Below, one piece after another: positions 56,701-64,000 of a stretch of DNA of 64,000 nt (position 1 is the stretch's first letter; every line of letters begins with the position of its first letter). This stretch comes from Candidatus Dojkabacteria bacterium (lineage in GTDB: Bacteria; Patescibacteriota; Dojkabacteria; B142; OLB20). The position numbers were made by a program, and so were the translations under genes. The notes beneath the pieces were generated by a model. It was given only the letters and a program-made list of their open reading frames with translations. It ran no database searches and had not been told where the DNA came from. Where the stretch lies: contig JBHHUN010000005.1 in assembly GCA_046753765.1 (NCBI GenBank), positions 4,430-68,429 of the forward strand, in the 5' to 3' direction.

Positions 56701-57100
56701 TGTGCAAACAGAAAACGGTGGTCAGACTGCAGCAGTCGATATGAAAAATATAACGACGACCGCATTCGAGGTCAAAGTAGAAGAGGATCCAAGAGCCGGA
56801 TATGATGGAAACCATGCGGTCGAAACTGTCTCATGGCTCGCGTTTGAGACACCCTCAATGGGAGAGACAGGTACAGTAGCTGTAGATCAGGACTGGACAG
56901 CGGTGGATCTGAGCAGCTTTGGTTTCAGCGGTGTGCCTAAATTACTGGCTGACATTCAGACCGAGAACGGAACCCACACTGTTCAGGTTGATATTCGAAA
57001 TCTCTCCAGTACCGGGTTTGATGTAAGAATGGAAGAGGAACCCAGGATATGGGATGGACTTCATGCTCTGGAAACGGTTTCTTGGCTGGCTTGGGAATAG
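53744..57100 (+). CDS. Secreted S8 subtilase + Ig-like domain + six ~83-aa lectin-like repeats
   Basis: Signal peptide, prodomain, triad VAVIDTG / GHGT / GTSYASP, oxyanion ATGN, six C-terminal repeats. Confidence 0.92.
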   Translation: MMRLKTLAVYLLSALIVLGTNVILLPVNNVSAQSEPDGAEEVLDRADEYDLDHLFVKYKNSDEPQLVEVDPASNGQITVFSESNKYDGDIVEKQERLADKFNQLLDNPRVEYVQPQYIYSIGAWSRSGTQDTPDDFDTTSPYNHWYYDASNVREMWQDQDCQGGGAGCGGDSNATVAVIDTGLAYESRTSAWGDSFAPNDDMFGGSNINLYTNTAEINGDAGTNCFDEIDDDGNGFVDDCYGFNSAEYIYCSFTTSCTTTQEAEMGHPNDDGGHGTYVTGLIASLVDNNLGSVSPAHNVTIMPIKASFFHSGSFGSMELWWAIDYAVNQGADVINLSLAGPTFDQGLSDKLQWAKDNGVTVVAATGNTNSSVYYPAAFDSVIAVGAVRPNGTRAFYSNYGTDIDITAYVGNGGGIGDTVYQRSYTCFFLNPNCYSTNAYTTFSNGYGIGTSYASPQVAAMVALIISAKPSITRQGIDNHLFGDATDLGTVGWDNQTGWGVIDFEKTYKNVSSNGAPTLAILEPNGVGDTGDTSFNITWTDSDPDDDAVINFYRDNDGAGFDGVLISGCDNIAQSAASDTCKFDTRPLPADDYYIYGCITDYVNPLDCSYGGGPITISHTPIREFGLAVVSTDWVPISFQKTYSDPPIVFAEVSSENGTNKIFADIRNVTSAGFEVRIEENTMSGWNGIHGNEDISWYAVQSNTGAEKVGESVINTDWVSIDFLTSFASIPELFVMVQSENGGNIVYADVRNVSTTGFDVRLEEPVGWNGLHSDESVGWIAFETNPVTGGQEGKATTDQDWSTVSFTPAFSEPPVLIVSVDTENEGNYVNADIRNLDANGFEFMMEEDILIQNGIHGDETVSWAAFPLSTINSQSGTVSINSNWTEIYFPQSFESKPKVFVEINTENGQDTAEVDIKDVMPYSFTARIEEDKLAGWGAGGHTTETITWYAILNPGSGEQVGNSSVDHNWKTVTFSSPFTSTPKVFADVQTENGGQTAAVDMKNITTTAFEVKVEEDPRAGYDGNHAVETVSWLAFETPSMGETGTVAVDQDWTAVDLSSFGFSGVPKLLADIQTENGTHTVQVDIRNLSSTGFDVRMEEEPRIWDGLHALETVSWLAWE

Positions 57101-57116
57101 TTAATACTATAAACAC

Positions 57117-60100
57117 ATGTTGTTTGTACGAAGACATTTACCTCTAATTGTATTTTCATTATTCTGGATTTTTGCAGCCGGAGCGCTGTTTATGTTGTCG
57201 GATTGGAACGTAACAGGGCAGGTTCTGGTAGGAAATCAGGCTAAAGCCAGAGAGATTGTCAATCGCAGCAGGGATTTTGACCTGAACAATGTGGTTGTTG
57301 TCTATAAAGACGAGCCGGATGAGGTAAGGCTAATCTCTGTTTCCGATACCGTCGAGACACGATCTTCAGGAGAGAGAACCGAGATAGCTGACCTCTACAT
57401 CACTGGTGAGATTGATCCCGACCTTTTTGAAATACAACAGAAGAAATCCAGGCTCGAACAAAAGATATACGATCTGCTCGAGGACGAGAGCGTGCTCCAC
57501 GTTCAGCCTCAATACATCTACCACACGAATTCATGGGGACGCTCTGGCAGTCAGGATACCCCTGATGACTTTGATACGATTTCGCCAACTACTGGTGAGC
57601 ACTGGTACTACGAGATGGCCCACCTTCGTGAAATGTGGCAGGACCAGGATTGTTTTGGTAGCGGGCCAAATTGCGGAGGAAATACCGGAGGCGTAGTTGC
57701 TGTAATAGACACAGGGCTGGCATATGAGACAAGAAAATCAGCATGGCAGGATAATTTTGCAAAGAACGATGATATGTTCAACGGAACCAGTATCACTCTC
57801 TATACCAACGCGGGAGAGATACCTAATAACCTTATTGACGATGATGGTAACGGTTACCGAGATGATTACAACGGCTTCAACGCCGACGATTACGTTTTTT
57901 GTCTCCCCCCCGAACCTCAGGATCCACCGTGTACGACCGCAGAGTGGGCCGAGGAGGGGCATGCTTACGACGATGACGGGCACGGAACATACACAACCAG
58001 CATGATAGCTTCATTGGTAGATAACACTTTTGGTAGTGTATCCCCGGGGTTCAATCTCACGATAATGCCAATTAAGGCCTCTGATTTTCACTCACCCAGT
58101 TTTGGTACGGCTGAGCTTGTTGCCGCTATTGACTACGCCATGAACAACGGTGCCGATGTAATAAATATGAGTCTTGGCGGGCCGACTGATGATCCTGTAT
58201 TGAGCGCCAAAATCGACGAGGCAGTTGCAGCAGGCGTATTTGTTGTCGCTGCAAGTGGTAATGGGGGAGGTGCTGTAGGGTATCCAGCAGCAAACACAGG
58301 CACATTTGCAGTTGGCGCCGTTGCTGCCGATGATGCCAGGGCTTGTTACTCCAGTTTTGGAGCAGAACTTGATATGGTGGCCTATGTTGGTGACGGTGAT
58401 GGTTCGTGCCCTATCTCTGTTATAGGAGAGGGGACGGCGGCTTATCAAAGAACTTACTCCTGTTTTTTCACTTCGCCCGACTGTAATGATCTAGGTGGCA
58501 GTGAAGACTACGAGACGTTTTCGACAAGCTATAGTCTTGGTACATCATTTGCCGCTCCGCAGGTATCTGCGATGGCAGGAATCCTAAGAGCGATTGGCCC
58601 AAGCACGCCAGTTTCAGAGCTTGAATCTATCCTTATAGGTAATGCAACCGACCTAGGGCCCGCAGGGTTTGATACTGCTACCGGCTATGGTGTTTTGGAT
58701 TGGGAGGCGACATTTGCAGCTGCTATTGCCAGTGAAGCACCGACCTTATCGGTCATAGAGCCAAATGGGGTCGGCGATGGTGCAGATGCATCATTTAACA
58801 TCACCTGGACTGATACAGACTCTGATAACGACGCAGCAATCAACTTCTATTACGATCTTGACTCCTCAGGGGAGGATGGAACCTTAATAGCAGACTGCTC
58901 TAACATTAGTGAGGACGATGAAACAGACAGTTGTACGTGGGATATGCGGTTTATGCCCGAAGACGACTATTACATCTATGGATGCATTGCAGACTTCTTT
59001 AACCCTGTAGATTGCAATAACTACGGCGCTGGTCCAATAACTTTAACTCACGCTGTTAAACGCGACTGGAACACACATACTGTAACTACAAGCTGGAGAA
59101 CTATCAGTTTTACAACCAGTTTTGACACTGTTCCAATAGTAAGTGCACAGATTACATCAGAATGGGGAAGGGATAGAATCTATCTGGATGTAAAAGATGT
59201 AACTATAAGTGGGTTTAGTACACGAATACGAGAAAACACTGTTACAGGATGGAATGGTGGTCATGGAAGTGAGGAGTTGAGCTGGTACGCTGTTCAAAGC
59301 ACCAGTACGGGAGAAATTGTAGGTCAGATAGATCTCACTGGCCCGGGATGGACTAGTGTAACTTTTCCACAGGCATTCGGGTCAACGCCTCATGTGTTTG
59401 CTAACCTTCAAACCCAGAACGATACAGCGATCGCCTATGTTGATCTGAGAAACATCACAACCACGGGTTTTGAAGCCAGGATAGAAGAGCCGACGGGGCT
59501 TGCAAATGACCACGCAACAGAAACGGTTGGCTGGGTGGCATTCAGTGATCACCCCGATGCTGAAGAGGGCAGTGTTATAGCGAATCATGTGCGCAAGACT
59601 GTGACATATGCTACTTCGTTTACTGCACCACCTGTGCTGCTAGCGCAGATTCAGACCAACAACGACGGAAGAAGATCAACGGTCGATGTAGGCGGAACAA
59701 AGGACTACCGCAGCAGGCTTTGGGTAGGAGAGGATACGAAAGTGCATGATGGAATTCATGATAACGAAACAATAAGCTGGGCGGCGTTCCCTTATACACC
59801 GCCTAACGATGTAGGAGTTGCTCAGTCCCTCACTGACGACTGGACAGAATACCCATTCGACCAGCCCTTTGAGGACACGCCAAAGATGTTCGCTGATATT
59901 AACTCTGAAAATGGGACGGACACAGTAGATGTTGACCTGAGAAAAATTACAAGGCGTAGCTTTCAAGCCAGGATTGAGGAGGATCCGAAGGCGGGATGGA
60001 ACAACAAACACATGGACGAGGATATAACCTGGTATGCTTTTTATATAAGACCCACAGGTAGCAAAAACGGTAACCTAACCACAAATCAAAACTGGACTAA

Positions 60101-60548
60101 CTCTGGAATAGGTGGTGGCGGATTTGGTTCGACACCGATGGTGTTTGCCGAGATTCAAACAGATAATGGAGGTGATACGGCAGCAGTAGATGTTAAGGCT
60201 ATCACCCCGACAGGCATGAAGCTCAGAGTAGAAGAGGATAAAGTAGCTGGCCATAACGGCAATCACACAAATGAAACAATCTCATGGTGGGGTTTCACAT
60301 CTGCACCCTTCGGTCAAGCGGGTCTGGATTCAGTTGATCACAACTGGAAAACGGTAACATTTCCGATTGCGTTTAGTACCGTCCCCAAATTGCTTTTTGA
60401 AGTAAACAGTGAAAATGGCGGGCAAACAGCTATGGTAGATGTACGCAACATCACTACTGCTGATTTTGAAGTGAGAGTGGAGGAAGAGCCAAAAAGATAC
60501 GATGGGAGCCATGCTTTCGAAGATGTGGTCTGGCTCGCCTGGGAGTAA
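57117..60548 (+). CDS. Secreted S8 subtilase paralog with the same architecture
   Basis: VAVIDTG / GHGT / GTSFAAP, ASGN, six repeats ending WLAWE as in the upstream paralog. Confidence 0.92.
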   Translation: MLFVRRHLPLIVFSLFWIFAAGALFMLSDWNVTGQVLVGNQAKAREIVNRSRDFDLNNVVVVYKDEPDEVRLISVSDTVETRSSGERTEIADLYITGEIDPDLFEIQQKKSRLEQKIYDLLEDESVLHVQPQYIYHTNSWGRSGSQDTPDDFDTISPTTGEHWYYEMAHLREMWQDQDCFGSGPNCGGNTGGVVAVIDTGLAYETRKSAWQDNFAKNDDMFNGTSITLYTNAGEIPNNLIDDDGNGYRDDYNGFNADDYVFCLPPEPQDPPCTTAEWAEEGHAYDDDGHGTYTTSMIASLVDNTFGSVSPGFNLTIMPIKASDFHSPSFGTAELVAAIDYAMNNGADVINMSLGGPTDDPVLSAKIDEAVAAGVFVVAASGNGGGAVGYPAANTGTFAVGAVAADDARACYSSFGAELDMVAYVGDGDGSCPISVIGEGTAAYQRTYSCFFTSPDCNDLGGSEDYETFSTSYSLGTSFAAPQVSAMAGILRAIGPSTPVSELESILIGNATDLGPAGFDTATGYGVLDWEATFAAAIASEAPTLSVIEPNGVGDGADASFNITWTDTDSDNDAAINFYYDLDSSGEDGTLIADCSNISEDDETDSCTWDMRFMPEDDYYIYGCIADFFNPVDCNNYGAGPITLTHAVKRDWNTHTVTTSWRTISFTTSFDTVPIVSAQITSEWGRDRIYLDVKDVTISGFSTRIRENTVTGWNGGHGSEELSWYAVQSTSTGEIVGQIDLTGPGWTSVTFPQAFGSTPHVFANLQTQNDTAIAYVDLRNITTTGFEARIEEPTGLANDHATETVGWVAFSDHPDAEEGSVIANHVRKTVTYATSFTAPPVLLAQIQTNNDGRRSTVDVGGTKDYRSRLWVGEDTKVHDGIHDNETISWAAFPYTPPNDVGVAQSLTDDWTEYPFDQPFEDTPKMFADINSENGTDTVDVDLRKITRRSFQARIEEDPKAGWNNKHMDEDITWYAFYIRPTGSKNGNLTTNQNWTNSGIGGGGFGSTPMVFAEIQTDNGGDTAAVDVKAITPTGMKLRVEEDKVAGHNGNHTNETISWWGFTSAPFGQAGLDSVDHNWKTVTFPIAFSTVPKLLFEVNSENGGQTAMVDVRNITTADFEVRVEEEPKRYDGSHAFEDVVWLAWE

Positions 60549-60623
60549 TGCAATATTGCTGTAGAAACAACGATGTAAGATATAATTAACTCAGACACTG
60601 ATAAAACGTATTAGTGAATAACA

Positions 60624-62183
60624 ATGACCATACTGCGGAAAAACAAAACATTTCTAATCTTGATCCTGTTGATCTGGGGAGCACTGCTGTTAGTGGGTGT
60701 TCAGGCGGGGGCTCCTGACCCTGAGCCGGCTGGCACAGTGGAAGACGTAAACTCAGGTGAAGTTACTCCACCAGAGACATTGGGAGTAATTGCAACCTCA
60801 AGTCCAACCCCGACACTACCTCTAGATAATGAAGTATCTGAAGAAATCGAAGATACCAGTGCTCCGAGCCCGAAACAAAGCACAAAACCAAAATCTCCCG
60901 GAGCTACGAAATCACATCAGGAGAACGATTCGGGAGAAATCGACACACTAAATTTGGGAGATCTAGCGTCTGGCAGCTTCTTGTTCTCCGTAGACGAAGA
61001 TTTCTCGGCCTACGGCTTTCAGTGGGAAAGCGGATCGTTCACCTTCTCCTGGGATGGGATTAACTACCAGCCACCGACTTTGTTAGGCGAGCACGTAAGA
61101 GACAACTATGCTGGTCAGAAGGCAACTAATCTGTATTTTGGTGCCCCCGATTCTAAGAAGCTATATATAAAAACTGGTCGCGTAAGCGACCTCAAGCTCA
61201 GTTTAATAACACCAACAGAAAGCGATGATGGATTTGGTATTGCGGCAGGTGTAGCTGACTATATGGGGGCAACCTATACAGAGCTCCCAATAATCTCGCG
61301 AGCGCAGTGGGGGGCTGATGAGTCAAAAGCGTTGTGGGATCCATCTTATGGTCCGATTCAGAGAATCATTGTCCATCATACAGCCGGATCAAACAGCGCG
61401 AGCAACTGGGATGCTGTTGTGAGATCAATTTTTAACTACCACGCTGTAACCCTTGACTGGGGGGACATTGGCTATAACTACCTTATTGCCCCTAACGGAA
61501 ACATCTATGAAGGACGTAAAGGAGGGGAGGGAGCGACAGCCGCCCATACTTACCTGCATAACTATGGAAGTATAGGAATTGCCATGATAGGAACCTACTC
61601 CAGTGTACCGCCGAGCAGTGCCGCAATGGATTCGCTAAAAAGACTGATCGCAGAAAAATCTGCGGTTCATAATATCGACACAGTGACCTGGCAGTCAAAC
61701 TACTATGGTCACCGTGACTGGAACTCAACCACATGTCCTGGTACCACTTTATATGGAATTCTTCCGAATAAGGCCAACTGGATTAATTCCCACCAGGACA
61801 GTCAGTATCCTGAGGTCTTTGCAGCCCGTGCAGCCGCGGAACTGGCGTATGATGCTGCTAACCCTTTCCCAACACCACAAAAAACTGATCTCGTGATAAC
61901 GTTTGATCGACCATTCACAGTAAGTGAAGCTGAGATACAAGCAATGATCCCGCCATATAGCGGCATAAAAGTAAGTGGCGTATTCGGGAATAAGGTCCAT
62001 CTAACACTGATTAAATACTACGATGGGGGCTCACAGTTTATGGACTTCAGGTCCAAACTTCTACGCACTCTTTTCAGCCTTGATGGTGAGGTGAAGGATA
62101 TTGAGTATGTCGGCGACTTCTTCATCTTTGACGAAAATCTGGGTACACCGACTCCCACGCCATCCCCATCACCGACACCATAG
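60624..62183 (+). CDS. N-acetylmuramoyl-L-alanine amidase (Amidase_2/PGRP type), secreted
   Basis: IISRAQWGA, IIVHHTA, WGDIGYNY, IYEGR, AHT, GHRD..TTCPG (Zn ligands H,H,C). Confidence 0.93.
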   Translation: MTILRKNKTFLILILLIWGALLLVGVQAGAPDPEPAGTVEDVNSGEVTPPETLGVIATSSPTPTLPLDNEVSEEIEDTSAPSPKQSTKPKSPGATKSHQENDSGEIDTLNLGDLASGSFLFSVDEDFSAYGFQWESGSFTFSWDGINYQPPTLLGEHVRDNYAGQKATNLYFGAPDSKKLYIKTGRVSDLKLSLITPTESDDGFGIAAGVADYMGATYTELPIISRAQWGADESKALWDPSYGPIQRIIVHHTAGSNSASNWDAVVRSIFNYHAVTLDWGDIGYNYLIAPNGNIYEGRKGGEGATAAHTYLHNYGSIGIAMIGTYSSVPPSSAAMDSLKRLIAEKSAVHNIDTVTWQSNYYGHRDWNSTTCPGTTLYGILPNKANWINSHQDSQYPEVFAARAAAELAYDAANPFPTPQKTDLVITFDRPFTVSEAEIQAMIPPYSGIKVSGVFGNKVHLTLIKYYDGGSQFMDFRSKLLRTLFSLDGEVKDIEYVGDFFIFDENLGTPTPTPSPSPTP

Positions 62184-62212
62184 CAGCGCAAGCGTTTTAG
62201 GAGGGTCATGAA

Positions 62213-63079
62213 TTACTCAGGGATAGGGGATTCTATCTTGTTTGGAACCCCGTAATCCCAGAACCGGCCGTTTTCGTTGAACCCCTTCTCTTCGAAGTTA
62301 CGGAAATAGACTATCTGATAATCTTCGTTAACCTTTACCTGCACTATTGTCTCAACAAGTTGGTTGAAGTCATTAACTTTTTCGCCTTCGGCAGTCAGGA
62401 CACGAACCCTCTGTGTGCCGCGCTGCTCAAATGACGACTCAATAGTTTGTTGTGACTGGATCAGATCGACGACATCAACAATGGCAGTCTGTGCTGATGG
62501 TGTTATCGTTGCTTTTTCCCATGGACTCTCTGAGTTAGATGCGTTGTAGAAGAAGGCAGTGTTTCCAATTCTGTACTCTGCAGGCGGAGGATCAAACTTC
62601 ATCCCATCTGAACATACCTGTGCAAGAAAGTAAGACGTAAAACTTTTATTTGGAGAGGTGTGCTCCGAGTAGGATCCATAGCATTCATCTTTAGTAAGAT
62701 CAGAGAAGTCTCCAGTGGCTTTGAAGTGCTTAGTTTTTCCGAGCTCGATCTCCAGTGAGGTTAAAAAATCACGCGATTCGCAATCCTGGAAACACTTCTG
62801 CAATCTCGTAAGCTCTTCTTCGGGTGTTTCGGTAATCTCCGGCGTGGGCGTTGGTGAATCCGTTGGGATTGGCGTGACCACTGGTCCTGGTGTGGATCCT
62901 TGTTGCCCCATAAGGGCAATCACTCCGCACAGTAAGAGAAGGTTTAATACAGCTGAAAATATCAATATTGATTTAAGGTAGCTAGCATCGTTGAAGATTG
63001 ATTTAAGGGTTAATCCTGATTTTGGGCCAATCAGTTCTTCTTGAACGACTTCACTGGGATTCTGGGAGTCAGACGACAT
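62213..63079 (-). CDS. Hypothetical membrane-anchored protein (LolA/LppX-like beta fold suggested)
   Basis: TM, PT linker, C-terminal FWDYG.P..IE.P. Confidence 0.65.
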   Translation of the reverse strand: MSSDSQNPSEVVQEELIGPKSGLTLKSIFNDASYLKSILIFSAVLNLLLLCGVIALMGQQGSTPGPVVTPIPTDSPTPTPEITETPEEELTRLQKCFQDCESRDFLTSLEIELGKTKHFKATGDFSDLTKDECYGSYSEHTSPNKSFTSYFLAQVCSDGMKFDPPPAEYRIGNTAFFYNASNSESPWEKATITPSAQTAIVDVVDLIQSQQTIESSFEQRGTQRVRVLTAEGEKVNDFNQLVETIVQVKVNEDYQIVYFRNFEEKGFNENGRFWDYGVPNKIESPIPE

Positions 63080-63156
63080 AGTTATTGTTAAACGCTTGAC
63101 TACCAGTCTAGCATATTTCTTGTGTTTGGGGATCTCCCAGCCTAAAATAAACTACG

Positions 63157-64000
63157 TTGGCAAAATCCAAACAAAAAACAAAAAGGGATCATTCATTAGA
63201 TATGCTCAGAGGATTGGCGGTTGTTCTGATGCTTTTTGCGCACTCGGTCAGCTTCTTCAATTCAATGCAACATCCGGTACTTAGATTTGTTGGCAAGTAT
63301 GGTAACACCATTGTGTTTACGACCTTTCTATTTGTGTCGGGTGCAGTGGCTTATATTTCCTACATGTCCGTGTCTTCAGAAAAGAAGTGGAAAGAGAAGA
63401 AAAACAAGATTCTAATTCGTTCCGCTAAGTTATTGTTGACGTATTATCTGGTAGCCTTTTTCGCAAGCATAAAAGTGTTTTATTCTGAGGGCGTGAGCCA
63501 GTGGCCACGGCTGGTTTACGAGATACTGCTGCTGGTCAGAGTTCCATCGTTTAGTGAGTTCTTGATCCCCTTTGTTATATATGGATTATTGATAATCCCT
63601 TTTAGAAAGATTCTTAAGTTTATTGCTGACAATTACTTAGTGATGATTCTCACTGGTGTCCTGGTTTATCTGATTGGCGTCATTATGTACTCTGTTAGAA
63701 TTCCTGCCCCGTTCGTTTACTATACCTCGTTCTTATCAGGGTACTCGGATTGGTTTAGGTTCCCAGTGCTGCAGTACTTTCCTGTATTCATCTTGGGGGC
63801 GTTTTGGGGCGGAGTGACCTTGAGGAGCACCCAGGCAAATAAGATATTAACCGCCTTGGTTGTACTGGGGGCGTTGGTACTTGGATTCCTCACAATAAAC
63901 TTCAGTGCTTATTCGGCACCAACGCTGGAGGTTTATGAGGTCGGAGTATTTTTTAATAGGTGGCCGCCTTCGGTAAACTTTATCCTCTTCGGACTAATGA
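63157..64000 (+). CDS. OpgC/DUF1624-like membrane acyltransferase; runs off the window
   Basis: TTG start; RDHSLDMLRGLAVVLMLFAH, FLFVSG, FPVLQY; open frame to 64000. Confidence 0.75.
   Translation, partial: MAKSKQKTKRDHSLDMLRGLAVVLMLFAHSVSFFNSMQHPVLRFVGKYGNTIVFTTFLFVSGAVAYISYMSVSSEKKWKEKKNKILIRSAKLLLTYYLVAFFASIKVFYSEGVSQWPRLVYEILLLVRVPSFSEFLIPFVIYGLLIIPFRKILKFIADNYLVMILTGVLVYLIGVIMYSVRIPAPFVYYTSFLSGYSDWFRFPVLQYFPVFILGAFWGGVTLRSTQANKILTALVVLGALVLGFLTINFSAYSAPTLEVYEVGVFFNRWPPSVNFILFGLM

Noticed and set aside
1-64000. Numerous 60-170 aa antisense or nested ORFs in the ORF track
   Set aside because: They overlap well-supported genes on the opposite strand or in shifted frames and lack motifs; treated as shadow ORFs.

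Overview
Compact bacterial chromosome segment (standard code; TGA used as stop). The gene content, few Shine-Dalgarno sites, many apparently leaderless genes, divergent housekeeping proteins and orphan ORFs suggest a CPR/Patescibacteria genome, possibly Dojkabacteria-like (inference, no database search run). Core genes: rpoB-rpoC-rpsL-rpsG, rpmH-rnpA, rpoD, ftsQ-ftsA-ftsZ, rpsO, trxA, murF-femX, gltX, rarA, tRNA-Ser(CGA) and tRNA-Arg(GCG). An accessory stretch (~5.3-13.4 kb) carries orphans, a stand-alone phage-type thymidine-hypermodification (aGPT-Pplase1) gene and an ASCH/DUF3850 gene. Main leads: (1) a LexA lacking its cleavage site and catalytic Ser, preceded by a TTCGG-N6-TTCGG repeat and coupled to an ArsR regulator and superoxide dismutase; (2) two secreted subtilases, each with six lectin-like repeats, followed by a PGRP-type amidase; (3) a full-length, strongly promoted PEP-synthase homolog with every catalytic motif lost; (4) an RNA polymerase with substitutions in near-invariant active-site motifs and the rifampicin pocket; (5) a terminator/anti-terminator between rpsL and rpsG. 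No CRISPR array, rRNA, integrase or transposase was seen.
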